Below, piece by piece: positions 12,615 through 24,614 of a stretch of DNA of 64,000 nucleotides (positions are counted from its first letter, which is position 1; every line of letters begins with the position of its first letter). Made by a program: the position numbers and the translations under genes. The stretch spans positions 5,845,434 through 5,909,433 of the forward strand of contig CM082593.2 in NCBI GenBank assembly GCA_040954595.2, given 5' to 3'. Source of the stretch: Balanoglossus misakiensis (lineage: Eukaryota; Animalia; Hemichordata). The notes beneath the pieces are model-generated. The model was not told the DNA's origin, made no database searches, and was given only the letters and a program-made list of their open reading frames with translations.

Positions 12615-15600
12615 ATGCCTGAGAGATCAATTTCCGGGTTGGAGGACCAGATCCGGACTCAAATCCTCTCCAAGCGAGTTCGTGTGGCAGAGTTCTTCAA
12701 AGATTATGACCGGCTGCGATCTGGTTACATCACAGGTGAGGGGAAAACTTTGTCATGGAATTGACTTCTGGGTTGACTGCAGATTGTAAGAATGAAATGG
12801 ACAACTCAAAAACAAATTCTTGTACTGCAGTGCCATCTGCAACAGCAATCCTAGTCTAGTATCTAGACGTGTGTTATGCACTTTGCTTCCGAAACTAATT
12901 TTAGTTTTGGAAGAAAAGCCAACAACACAAGGCTACAGCAATTCATGCCTTCCCCAACAGTGTGTATAAAACTCAGTTTCTCTCTTTTATCATTGATAGA
13001 ATCGCAGTTCAAGCGCGTATTGGATCAGAGTTTTGGGATAAAATTGTCTCCAGAAGACGAACAAGCTCTGTCTGACAAATATGATGATAAGAGAAATGGA
13101 ATGTATAACTACCGGAACTTCTCCGATGTCATCGAATGCAGTAAGTATTTATGCTATTATAACTTCTTAGTCAGTGTAACCATAGATGATCATATCATTG
13201 GATATGTTGAATATCAGTTTAATTTGGCATGGAAATCTCACTTTCACCTCAAAACACATTTATCCTGTTGCAAGGAAATGTCATTGAAACCCCAAAACAA
13301 CATTCTTTATCAGTTGCATCAAATTTGTTCCATCACAAATTCAAAGCATGGAAAAATTCTCATATCAATTTGAGTTCAGGTTTCGACTGCAAGAGTTTTG
13401 CAATAAATCAGTTTGCTCTCAGATTTTATGACAAAGTATGGATTATTTCAAATGGGTAATATTGATAAATGACCCAGGTAATAGGGACAGTATAACTTTC
13501 TGCTGCGGTCTAATTGTCATTCTGTTGTTCTGGGTTGCCATTTATCTAAATGTTTGATAAAAAATATCATCCATTGGAGGGCAGAGATCACTAATGACAA
13601 TATATACAAAAAATATGAATAAATTGGAGCGTGATACTGATGGTGCCTTCAATTTTGGGTATCATCAGTGGTTTCTTGAACAATTAAAACAGTGTTAGAA
13701 ATGCCCCTTTTTTTATTTTTCCCCTTCTACAGCATTTCAACCCAATGACCTGAAGACTGACCCCACTATGAGAACAGTGGAACCAACTGAATAGTAAGTG
13801 CCACCACCAATTAAGTCACTTTAACCCTTTCACCCCCAGTTCCCTCTTTAGAGGTCCAATCTTACCATAGAAAACAATGGGTTTGGACTGAACCATGGTG
13901 CTGAAAGGGTTAAAACATGGTGTTGAAGTCAATCATGAAATTACTCAAAATTTATCAATAACTGTTCTGTAGTTGGTATGAATATTATCTGATTTTCGTT
14001 CAGGCTATTAAGTATATAATCTTTTTTTTTTTCCAGTTTGGGCACACTTCGTTCCCAGCGTCCACTGAGTTCGGGTTTCCAAACCCACTGCAGTGATATT
14101 CTGAGAAGAATTGCTCCATTTTACAAATACCATGGTATCAATGTTAGAACGTGCTACGAAGACTTCGACAGACACCATAACGGACTTGTCACAGAGAGTC
14201 AGGTCAGTCGAATCTGTGAGCTTATATATGGTTGTCATGGTGATTTGTGTGTGAGCAAGGTTGAATGTATGTATGCGTGTGACTGCTTGTTCAGTCACAT
14301 CTGTTCTTCGATGTGATGTCAAAGGTCAAAAGAATCAAACTCTTTCACTTAGTAATATTAGATTCTGTTGACGAGATAAATCAAATAAGCATGATTGTAG
14401 AACATCAAATTGCTGTTTAATTAGAATAATGGCCCGTAGCACCTGCTACTACTACAGAGTGTGTTGTGTTTGTTTTACAGATAGCCGTCATCCGTGTGTG
14501 TGTGTTTGAATGCAATATTCTATTTCGGTTGCAGCCCATAGTAACCTGTACAGAAATCTACAGAATTACAACACGTTATTAAACGTCATTTGTGTTTTTA
14601 TTTTAACTTCAGTTCTATCGTAGTTTCCCCGGGCCACCGGATGTGACTGAGGACGAGATGCAGACCCTGGCTCAGAAGTACTTGGATCCAAACAAGGCCA
14701 GTCTCTGCAATTATCTCAACTTCCACAACGATGTTGAGGCCATCAAAGACACCTTGCAGGAAGTCTTGGAGTATCCTGCTAGTCCACCCAAGAGTGGTTA
14801 TAACATCCCTGCTAAGGTGAGTCCAGTGTCATTGTAGAATAGTAACATTAATTGATTTTTTTTTTTTTTTTTTTTTTTGGGGGGGGGGGGAGAAATCAAC
14901 AGGTGGTTCCGATCGTTAAAGTATTTTTGGTCGCCATTTTTCGACATATTTAGTATTGTCTTTTCCTGTCCACCACTCAGACCGCAGCACCCCGCTCTCT
15001 CGAAGACGTCTTCGACAAAATCCGCGTGGCCGTCTACAAGAACGGCATCCGCACCACCGAGTTCTTCCGCGACCACGACAAGCTGCGCAGCTACATCATC
15101 ACCGAGAACCAGTTCGTCTGCGGGCTGTCGCTGGCCGTCGGCAAGGAGGCCCAGCTGTCCCGCGGCGACATCCAGAAGGTGGTGGACTTCTACAAGACGC
15201 CCGACGGCCGAGTGAGATACAAGGAGTTCTGCGACATGATGGAGAATGGTAGGTTTTCTGTCAGCACTGTGAGATTCTAATCATCCACCTCCAAGGCAAG
15301 ATCTGGGGTCTGCAGTTACAGTGTAGACCTTGGGTTGATCACCAAGAATATTTTGAATTTGGTACAATACCACACAAACATGGCGAATCACTTTTGCACA
15401 GTTGAATACAAAGATACCAGATCAAACACAGATGTGAAACAATGCATTAGTCGGAAATCATTTGATCTCTTATAGAAACTGTAAATGAAGTAAAAGGGAA
15501 AAAACTAATTCTTGCTATGAAATAGTTTTCATGCTATTGTCTCTCTCTTACAGCTTTCAATGAACCCGACCTGGAGAAGAAACCAACCCAAGAAGTGCAG

Positions 15601-18600
15601 AGACCACCAAAGGGGGCGCTGTCCAGATATCTGAACCCATTGACTGATGCTGAGGAATTCCGAGTGGCCGAGATATTGCAGGAGTTGTCAGAGACTGTGA
15701 AGAAAAGGCGTCTGATGATGTACGCTTACTTCAAGGATTATGACAGGGTAAGTCAACAATGTACATGTATAATATAATTCTGATTTCCTCCAATGATGGA
15801 TTGGAATTATCACCGACTGCCTAATGCTGAGTGTTCAGAAAATTGAACTGTACACAGAGCGCAGCAAGTGAAAATATGGGTATAAACTTTTGAATTTTAA
15901 ATCAAAGCAAGTGTTTGTTATTTCCATGGCAGCCTTGGATAATCAACATTTCTTTCACCTCTGCAAACCATAACTAAGGATACCAGTAACCACCAGTATA
16001 CTGATCAGTTTGTCTAAAACTGTTGGAAGAATACAGGAATATAACATGATAAACATTGATGAGTATTTTGTTTGATTTACAGAGCAAAGCCTACACCAGA
16101 AATATCACATTTGCTCAGTTTGGCCGTATCTTGCATTTCCTGAGCTTGAACGTGCAACCGGAAGACTTCAAGATGCTGTGTCGGAAATTTGAAGATCCTG
16201 AACGTCGTGGTGACGTCAACTATCCTGCATTTGTCCAAGCTGTTGATAGAGGTAAGTGTCCAATTGAACCATTTCTCCACCCTTCCTGCCAGATCTGCAG
16301 AACAGATGTACATGTATCTTTCTATGGAGTCAATAAGCCACTTTATTGGCCCTGTCAAATCTGATTGGCTGACTGGAGAGATGTAATCTGAATACGCCAC
16401 CTGTTGAAATCACCAAGCTATATTTTTTGTCCCCCCTCAGAATTTATTGGGTTCACAATTGGATCCGAGGATGCCAAAGTGGAGGAAGGGACGGAGGCAC
16501 CCAAGAAGAAACCCGTCGATCTGAGTAAAGTCAATTTCGAAGAGGTTTTGGGAAGAATCAGGCACCACGCACTCGTCAACAGAATCAGAGTGAGTAGGCG
16601 TAGACGATTCAGTAGATCGTGTGATTTGATTCTGATGCATTCACAAGCATAGGAATGATGATGAGGAAAAACGCATAGGAAATTTCTCTGTCCTATTTTC
16701 AAGTCAGACGATGGTGTTGCAGTAAACTATACTGTATCTTGACTTTCATTTGATTTTTTGCGGAAAAGACTATATCATGCCTGTGCTTACTGGCCACCTT
16801 CATGTCAATAACCAAACATATGTCCATTTGTCAAGTAACCATGACTGGTTTCTTTTCCCGGAATGTTCTGCAGGTAAATGAATACTTCCAGGATTTCGAT
16901 CCCCTTCGCAACGGCTCCATATCCCAGACTCGCTTCCGTATCGGACTGACCTCCATGGGTATCAGCGCCGTGGGTCAGATCAACCTCTCCGACCCGGAGA
17001 TCCTAGCCCTGGCAGCTTATTACGCCGATCCCAAACATCCAGGAAACGTCCTCTGGCCCAAATTCAAAGTGGACGTTGAAACAGGTGAGGCCTGAGTTCT
17101 TCTTCAAATACTACAAATAAATGCATATCTTTTGTTTAAAAAATAGTGTTTCCTTGATGTTTGTATGTATGGGTCTGGTTGTTGTGTGTGATTGTGCAGT
17201 CCAAACCCTTGCCCCAATTAATATTCATGAATAAATGAATACATTAATGAACCTCCTTTTAAAGACCACCTGTCTATAAAGACCACTCAGCCCCAGTCCC
17301 TTGACCGGTCTTTATACACAGGTTTGACTGTCATTCCATCTGCATGAGAATGAAATATTTGAGGGAATTTTGTCCCTCAAGACATTTGATAGCACAAACA
17401 GTCATATAGAAATTGTTACAATTATACATATTGCCACACAAAAGAGGTGTTGCATTGTATGTACCGGGCCTCGTGTCAAGAAAATAAATTTGGAGAAATA
17501 TTTTTTGTCTTGTTTTTGATAGTTTTCACTCAAGTGGAACCGAATTTGGAGAAGACGCCCACAGTTCAAGTGCCGCCACAGGAGAGCTTCCTGATGTCCA
17601 AACCGGGCACCACGAACTGGAACGTTGTCTCCGACGACGACGCGAGGATAGTGGAAGCCGTGATGGACCGGATGCGTCAGCGGGCGACGCAGCGTCGCGT
17701 GCTCGCCAAACCCTGCTTCCAGGATTTCGACCGCCACAACCGCGGACACGTCACGAAGTCCCAGTTCCGGCAGTGCCTGACGTATCTCAGCCTGAACGCG
17801 ACCGAGGAGGAAATGGCCGCCCTGGAGAGGAAGTACTCGGACGACGCCGGTTTCAATTATTTGCGGTTCCTCGACGAACTGCAGCCAGCAGGCCTCCCCG
17901 AAATGAAATACCAGCAGAGATTAGAAGAGCTGAAAGCTGTCAACAGCAGGATATTCTCGCTAGAGAAGAACCCGTGCTCAGATCTGGAAGGTGTCCTCAC
18001 AAAAATTAAATCAAAGGTAAAAATATTCATTCAGTAAAAATGCAGAAATTACAGACTGTGGTGTTTTCACTTTTATGAATTTATAGAGCAAGATTTCCCC
18101 CCCCCCCCCAAATGTTAACTCAAATTCTGCTTTTACGACAGGTTATGAAAGAAAGGATTCGTATTTTGGAATTCTTGCGTGACTACGACAAACTTCGCAC
18201 TGGACGCATGAAGAAAGAGACATTCCGCCGTGCCCTTGATCCTGCCAACCTTGGTTTGAAAGCCTCTGAAGTTACGATACTAGAACAAGCGTAAGTTATA
18301 AACAGCTCACCAGAGATACAGTCATTATGTGGTTGTCAGTTAAAGGTATACAGTCACCTCCAATTTACATACGCCCATATATGGCTGAAATGGCGTACTT
18401 GAGCGTTCTAAAGAACATACGGTGGCGCTCTTTTTTTCGCGTGTGCCACCCACTGAAAATCGGTGATTGGCCAGTTCTCAATTTGCCATGGTAACTATAG
18501 CTAATTTTCCATAGGTGACCGTATACCTTTAATAGGCACTTGTGCATCTCCCACATTCGAAAGATTTGGAAATTGTGTTTTGGGTTTGTTAGTTCATCTG

Positions 18601-19372
18601 TCTGTCTGTGTGATATGCTTGCTGTGTGAAAATGAAATGGTTGGTAACTCTGGATTCGAATCTCATAAAATACGATTTGATTGGATGCCAATTAGAGATC
18701 TGTTGTGACATAGTAATAATGTGATCTTCTTGCCAACAGATATCAATCTGCAATGGACCCTGCATACGTGGAATATCTGCAGTTCAACGACGAGATCGAG
18801 AGCATCTTTACGGTGAAGAATCTGGAGAAAGCACCATTGTTGACACCACAGCAGTACCAGGTGCCTGTGGAGGTGGAACAGAACGGTCTCACAGAGGACG
18901 ATCTTGTCATCTACAACAGCACCATGGACAGATTAGCAGACAAGGTCAGTGTTGGATTTGGGATATCACACAAGTATCCCGCACTCACGGGGTTATTTCT
19001 TGCTGTAGAAATTATCAAAAAGACAGTATGTGTTGTAGACAAGAACCTGCCTACACTTAATATGTAGAGCCTGTATAAAGTCTACGATATTTACTCATCT
19101 TTGTTTAATTTCTTTGATAGGTCCGGATGAGGCGTATGCAGCTCTTCCCGTTATTTGAGGATTACGACAGAGTTCACAACGGCACGGTCTCCCGGTCGCA
19201 GTTCCGCCGAGTGCTCAGCGAACTCGAACTAAGCTCCCTCGTCAACGAGAGAGAATTCCAAATCTTGTACGAGAAATTTGAAGTGAAGATCGGCGATAAG
19301 AACGATGTGAACTACATCGCGTTCTGTGACAGAATCAACGAGCTGGCCAAGTTTGAGTGGCGAAAACCTTAA
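12615..19372 (+). CDS. Multi-EF-hand repeat protein, ~927 aa, 14 coding exons (FAP115/CFAP115- or EFCAB6-like; probable ciliary protein)
   Basis: Phase-consistent GT-AG exons: 12615-12735, 13000-13140, 13733-13793, 14037-14202, 14613-14816, 14981-15248, 15554-15747, 16083-16251, 16441-16589, 16874-17084, 17523-18016, 18142-18290, 18740-18944, 19121-19372 (2784 nt). Eight modules of type RxRxxEFFxDYDxLRSGxITxSQF...xNYxxF (e.g. RVAEFFKDYDRLRSGYIT, LFEDYDRVHNGTVSRSQF). AATAAA near 19695 and 19828. Confidence 0.88.
13825..13909. mobile_element. 85-bp piggyBac-type MITE (copy 1)
   Basis: TTAA|CCCTTTCA...TGAAAGGG|TTAA; near-identical copy at 43223-43307. Confidence 0.8.
17249..17331. mobile_element. 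Tc1/mariner (Tigger/pogo-like) MITE end fragment
   Basis: Repeated AAAGACCAC units and terminal ACAGGTTTGACTG (reverse complement CAGTCAAACCTGT); the other end is not clearly preserved. Confidence 0.45.
18344..18528. mobile_element. Kolobok-type non-autonomous element (TTAA TSD), 185 bp
   Basis: TTAA|AGGTATACAGTCACCT ... AGGTGACCGTATACCT|TTAA, 16-bp TIR with one mismatch, in an intron of the EF-hand gene. Confidence 0.75.
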
Positions 19373-22300
19373 ATTTTTATTTCACGGTTCTCTAAATCTA
19401 TATTTCCCGTCCATTCAACCACCACCTACATTTAAGAACTCTCTGCAAAATTTTCTGGCACAAAAACACAATCTTATGTCATTTTGCAAAATTTCCTGTT
19501 GTGTCCATTCAAGCCATATATTTCATTTTGTATAAACTGATTGTGCTGTTTTCTGAAAATCCTAGTTCGGTACATTGTCAAATAGGATTCCACAAGTTCT
19601 TTGGGTAATCAGCTGTGTCAGAGTTCAAAGGTCAAAGTTCATTGCTTGTGAATAATTTTACAGACTGTTGCAGCAGCTTTGAACTTTAATGTGTAATAAA
19701 AAAAAAAGAATTTAATTGAATGAAATGCAGATCTGAAAATATTATCAATTCTACCGACTAATGATATTGTACATATTTTACAAAATTATCTTGTTGTCAT
19801 GGCAATGTGTATTTAACTCATTTGTGAAAATAAATAGTGTTCTGACAAAAATGACGTGTTGGGTCCTGAATAATATTGTTTTGGGGTTTTAGGATAAAGA
19901 CTGGTAAAAATTCAAATTTTATATCACATCTAGTTGATGCAGTGTCTGTCAAAAGATAAGTAAATACATGTATACTTGCTCTTTTATACCAGAAGTCATT
20001 TTTGAAACATTGAATGCATAAGAAAATTAAAGTGCTGGGCTATTCATATCAACTGGAAGTGTGCGAAGTGAGTCACTTTGGCAACTGTGTTGCATGAAAA
20101 TAGGACATTATTTAAAAGTGCGCCCTCAAACGTAGACAGCGAGTTTGCCATTTTTTTTTTCAAACTTTGCGGAACAAGCACGGATGCGCATGCACTTTCT
20201 TTGGGGGTGCCAGCACCGAGTGTCAAATATTCTCTCGTCTTGTCAGATTCGCAGTCTTTCAGTCTTTTGTTGCGGGGCACTGGTGCATTTTGGCCGGTAT
20301 GAGACACCTTTTGTTTCGGTGTACTGATGGTGGTTATTAATTTTCACACACGTCTGTTTGAAGCAAGTAGTTTAATTCCAATAAAGTTAAGACGCTATGA
20401 CACGAAAATCGATACCAGGCGTCAAATGTGGAAACTACCAATGCAGTACTGTAAATTTAAAATACAAGCTCCAGCTGTTATCAACTATACTAAAATCCTG
20501 GTTCTTGTTTTAACCAAAATTGTATATTTTAACTGTTGTTCTTTTCAGTCGTCCCCGATTTACAATCCTGCAAATTAGACTGGCCTAATCATTGGGGATA
20601 AGATCCACACATTCACCTGGAGAAACTGTCTGAGTCAGAGACACGTCTTCGCGACACTGCTGGGGGACAGTCGGGATTTATACCAGTTGTTGACTCACTA
20701 AACCCAAAACCCGTTTTTACCCCCTGTGTTATATAAGCTTATTTGACACAGAAGTTGACATATTTTTTTTCTGTCCAGACGTGTCCTCTGATCATCGATG
20801 TCTGAAATGTCGACGTGTAGATGTTTCAAAAAATGCGACGCTGCGAAAATTCGCCTGAAATTTGGAAATAATAAACTAGGCGTAAATGTCGCGTCCGGGC
20901 TCCCTTCACTCTTTGTTTGTTATGTAACACGAGAACTTTGGCAAAGTTTGGTCACTGGGGTTTACCTGTGGGTTTACGTATGTTGCGGTGAACTACATAT
21001 TTGACCAAGGGGCTATAAAACTGATAGGACAATATTTGATGATAAAGATTACGTCTTTTAGGATGAAAAAACACCGCCATTCTCAAGTGGGGATACACCT
21101 TGGGTGAGCTCGCGCGTCTGTGTATTTTGTCCGGACAAAAATGGGAGCTGGATACTGACTATGTTATCGTAGGACCACAAAAACTTGTGTGGACATCACG
21201 GAAAAGACTTCTAAAACTGACGTCAAACGAATTCTGCCTCAATATAAACGCATTCACTGTTGATGCCGAAAACGTCTAAGGAATTCTCTTGCGACATAAT
21301 TTCCCATTATGCCAGAAATTCCTTCATGGAGCAAGCGTGAAGCGGTCACGAATGGGCTTATATACTTGTAGTATATATGTCCCATGAGAAGCCAGGTGTT
21401 TATGACAATTCACACCCGTTTGGCCCGGACTGATGCGCAATGCAAATTATACCTTTGATCATCTTTTCACCGCACCGATTTCAACTCTGCAGCTGTCTGT
21501 ATTTGCATTTAACAAAACGGACTCTCTCAAACTAGTGTCGCCTTTTGTCTTAGCTTGATGTCGTCTTTTGTCCGATCATTACGTCCATGGTCCGATGCAT
21601 CGATGTACATTTGTACAATGCGAATAGAGACTTTAATATGAGCCCATCAGTGTTTTATGCGGCCTAGCATCAAATTAACTATCAAGTTTGTACAGCAACA
21701 AAGCAAAGGACCACGTCCATGAAAGGACCAACACGGCACGCGTTCGTGCGACTGTACAGTCTAAATAAAATGAAGCGTTTGCAATTGGTCTTTTTCTCTC
21801 CATTACATCTCAGGCTAGATTACTGCGGAAACGCGCCACCTTGAACAACTTGAGGTGTGAACGACTTGATAAGTTGTTAGATAAACTTCGGACAGACACA
21901 AAAATAACCACTGAGCTGGCTTGCTATCCGAGTTTTGTGTCGAGGTACTTTTATCGGGGAACTTTTATTGATGCTTGTCGTTTTCAAAATCTGAATCAAA
22001 ATTTGAAGACTATATTTTTTTGTCTACCAAGTTTAAATATTTGTTCGCAACCATTAATGTTTATCGAACCAGTTGCGAGCAAACAGACATCGGGTAAATT
22101 GGGCAATTTGTACAAGGGTTGATCATTCCCAATATCTTAGGGATTTTGTATGTGATGTAATATTTTTCGGCGGCTCTTTTCGCGTTGCTAGGTTTCGCAT
22201 AGACCCTGGGGATTGATCATGGCTCTGCAAAGAGCCCAACAGTTTGGCAGAGCCAATAAAGATCAGACTGCTCCTCCCATATTGTCACAGATCATCTCCA

Positions 22301-22605
22301 TTTACACATTTCATGCACGCCGAATACATGTACACAGGAAGAAGACAAGACAAGACAAGACTGCACAAACATGACAGATGCATTTGACAGGAAGTTCATA
22401 ACCTGTACCCAAAAAGTGACGATTTTATTATGGGAATTTTCCATCGTTTCTCGATAAACATGCTAAATTACGGAAAGAACTAAAAACTAACAAAATTTTA
22501 TAGTTCCGAAACTGTAAGCTGACTTGTTTTTGTCACTGGCTGAATTTGTGTAGAATAGTTGCGCATCCCATTTGTTCGTGCCTTGAATTCTTGCATCGGT
22601 CATAT

Positions 22606-22687
22606 GTAACTAAGCAACAACAACCATGATCTTGAGTTTACAAAGACAGAAGACCTGTTCCGGAATAAACTTTGGCGGGCGCCTCAG
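22606..22687 (+). promoter_or_regulatory. Putative promoter/first non-coding exon of TEX15/TASOR-like gene A (X-box + E2F-like site)
   Basis: GTAACT-A-AGCAAC (22606-22618, X-box), TTTGGCGGG (22671-22679, E2F-like) and donor CAG|GTAAAG at 22687/22688. Confidence 0.5.
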
Positions 22688-24214
22688 GTAAAGCTCATTT
22701 ATAGAGAATGCTTGTTGAAAGTGTTTAATTTTTTTTTACAATTACTGTCAGAGGTAACATCGGAACCGTGAGACGAGAACTCAACATATAGGACCAAGAG
22801 TAAATAGGCCCCATAGGTTCAATAAAAATCCAGATAACTTAGATAACACATTGTATAAACACACGAGAGCCATTGAATTAATGACTCGTAAACTTCTGGC
22901 TGCTAAAGCACTTGATGATAAGATAACTTCATGGATCAGTTACACGTGTTTGTTTTCATTAGTTCAGATTACGACAAAGTGTGGAAGTACTCGCTCCCAA
23001 ATTAACTTTGTTGTGGATCTCAGGAAAACGTTCCCAGTTTAGCATAGGCCTGTATTGCAGGAGGGTGTCTCCTTCAGCGGTTTCCGACATACTTGTAACG
23101 AACTTTCTGTTACTGTTACACAACTACAAACCTGATGCAAATAAGAGTCCTTCAAAATATAGGTCACTGTCACAGGTGTGAACTGGTTACTCTACAACTG
23201 GATAACAAGTATCAGATTACCAAATGGCGGGAAAATGTGTGCAATCCCCTAAAATTCTATTGGTTAGAAAGTTGTCACAATTTACATGTGAATAATATTG
23301 ACACACTGCACCCCTGCACCACACCATATAAAACCCAGTAACATGCAGCTGCGACAGCAGTACTCCTCAGAAGCTACACGAAGAAAGGTGAGTGAAAATC
23401 CATCTTGTGTGCTCCAGACAAGCTTCTTGTGTGAAATTTATGTTCAACCTGCGTCGGCCGCCACAAGACACAGTGAAGCCCATGGCAACACAACTTGGTG
23501 CTTGGAAGCTGTGCAAACCACATGGAAAAGCCAAAAGATGCTCATTTCACTAAGTTACGAATTTCCTGCGGGGATCCTGTACTTTTTCCCACGCGGTCTT
23601 CCCACTTCAGCGTTTGAAAATGATGAAAAGCGACATGTCAGTGACTGGTGAAATCGCCTTTATACTCCCAGAAGTGATTGTGATGGAATTTTTTACGAGG
23701 TTTGATCATAAAAACTATCATGCATTTCTCGTGGTGTGTTCTGCGTGGTGGAATTTGGCCGTTCAACCCAGGCTGCTGGTTTCGCAGGCTGTCAAGTGTA
23801 TGTCAACATGACATGCTTGTCAGACTTGTGTTGTCCCTTGGTTGTAATAAATCACTATTGTTTCATGGTCAAGTGTATATTGTTTTAGAGCACTATACAC
23901 TTGACCTCTACTGTCTAGACTATGGTTTGTCTTTCTATGGTGTAATCTCCTGGCTTTGCGACAGTGGACTGGAATTGGAAACTTAGTGACCCTTTGCTGC
24001 CCACTTCCATCTTCGACACTGCAAATAGTATATTTATTTGGTCAAAGGGCAACATGGAATTGATTGGTGATGCAATTGCCCCGCCAGGCGCCAACATGAG
24101 CTGTCGAATTTCACATATTTTTCACATTAAAATACTTCAAATCTCCCTGCATATGACATTCATTCAAGTCCTGTCTGTTTGCCAGTTTGGTTTTACAAAT
24201 ATTCTGTGGTGTAT

Positions 24215-24449
24215 CAGAGTTTCATCCAGTATGACATCAACGGGAAGGGGGGGGGGGGTTATATCACCCTTTGACATATATTTTTTTTTGGGGGGGGGGG
24301 TCCACTTTGGCAAGGGGGTGTGATATCTCTAACATGTGAGTGACAACATTTTGAGTGGTGCTGGTTCCCCCTTGGCAAAGTGCTAGGGGTGCCAATATGT
24401 CAGGAGGTGCACCCCCCCCCCCCCCATTGACCTTCTGGATGAAACACTG
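24215..24449. mobile_element. Degenerate MITE with CAG..CTG termini (hAT-like ends), G/C-run interior
   Basis: CAGAGTTTCATCCAG ... CTGGATGAAACACTG, 15-bp TIR with one mismatch; no intact TSD. Confidence 0.5.
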
Positions 24450-24614
24450 GCCACATGCCTTTTTTTAATAAAGAGGGCACCTTGTACATGTTCTAGTGTT
24501 ATGAAAAATAGTAAAACCAGTTTAACCTACAAATGTGAACCCATGTCTACTTTCTTTCAGATTTTTTCAGATAAGCTGAGTATGTGGTAAACATTGAAAG
24601 ATTGTAGAAGAAAA

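Noticed and set aside
20034-22250. CpG-rich intergenic segment as a gene or intact transposon
   Set aside because: Only short ORFs without recognisable domains, and I could not pair TIRs/TSDs; it may be decayed TE sequence.
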